A stretch of 63,642 bases of DNA, filler included, from Chiloscyllium plagiosum (taxonomy: Eukaryota), in assembly GCF_004010195.1 (NCBI RefSeq). It is 5 parts of one record of this genome, joined end to end, with 100 filler letters (N's around TTAATTAATTAA, not from the genome) between each part and the next. Parts side by side here need not be neighbours in the genome. Positions count along the whole stretch, not along the records: positions 42,458 to 63,642 come from NC_057710.1; 4 more parts are not named here. The stretch is one strand, 5' to 3'. Position numbers and translations under genes: made by a program. Of this stretch, positions 63,173-63,642 are shown piece by piece. The notes under the pieces are model-generated. The model had not been told where the DNA came from and made no database searches. It worked only from the letters and a program-made list of their open reading frames with translations. Numbering within the stretch: the first letter of the stretch is position 1; each line of letters opens with the position of its first letter.

Positions 63173-63640
63173 TCACATTAATTCGAGCCCTGTGAACTCG
63201 TGATGCCTAATCGCCCACCAGGAGTCTATGGCGTGGAGCTTGGTCTTTCTGGCCTTTCGTTTCTTGTGCTGACGGCATGAGTGACACGCCACCAGGGGCC
63301 AGGCCAGAGCCAGCAGTAACTGTATGCCTACAATGGTGTGCGAGATGATTCAGATCCAGGGATGTACGTTTACGTTTAGGCCCCAATCCCACACCCTCTG
63401 TGCCCAGTCCTGGGACTGCAGAGCTGTCTCTGTGTCCTCCTCTAGGTCCTTTATATGTGATTGCAACTGGTGGTACAGTTTCACTGAGTGTCCTACCCGG
63501 GTCCTTAGCTCCCGTAAGACCTCGGCCAAATGTGGGATGGGGGCTTGTTCAGGCTCCTGATATTCCCTGAGGGTGTCCCTGAATTTATCAGTAGTTTGTA
63601 TGGACTCGAGGTTCCGTCGTCGGACCTCTGAGATGTGAGC
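63173..63640 (-). pseudogene. 3' end of an env/class I fusion glycoprotein-like ORF of an LTR retroelement or endogenous retrovirus; runs off the window
   Basis: Manual minus-strand translation: AHISEVRRRNLESIQTTDKFRDTLREYQEPEQAPIPHLAEVLRELRTRVGHSVKLYHQLQSHIKDLEEDTETALQSQDWAQRVWDWGLNVNVHPWI*IISHTIVGIQLLLALAWPLVACHSCRQHKKRKARKTKLHAIDSWWAIRHHEFTGLELM*. It shows a heptad-like helix, a Trp-rich membrane-proximal stretch, a hydrophobic TM segment and a Cys/basic tail. One internal TGA at 63350-63352. Confidence 0.7.
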
Positions 63641-63642
63641 TT

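Overview
Repeat-saturated vertebrate intronic DNA, almost certainly from a shark (elasmobranch). It contains many HE1-type tRNA/V-SINEs, HER1/CR1 LINE fragments, Deu-domain SINE remnants, Rex1/Babar LINEs and at least three Penelope-like (PLE) families. I found one host exon: a 157-nt, splice-flanked coding exon at 13655-13811 (+) of a DOCK-A family Rac GEF (DOCK1/2/5-type). It is missing from the ORF track, and its peptide looks like a divergent 'DOCK2-like' paralogue. The rest of the window appears to be the two flanking introns. Most notable non-genic content: (i) many small PLE-derived foldback insertions with 12-15 bp target-site duplications (TSDs) carrying minimal hammerhead-ribozyme cores of three sequence families, one inserted in frame into a CR1 RT ORF; (ii) the 3' end of an env/class I fusion-like ORF plus a probable 3' LTR at the right edge (minus strand), with a single stop just before the transmembrane segment; (iii) candidate solo LTRs, one with adjacent AP-1 and CRE sites and one with a 33-bp minisatellite; (iv) a consensus CTCF site. 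Four 100-bp gaps contain an artificial TTAATTAATTAA linker. Family names come from my recall of repeat and protein families, not from database searches. Repeat boundaries are approximate unless a TSD is quoted.
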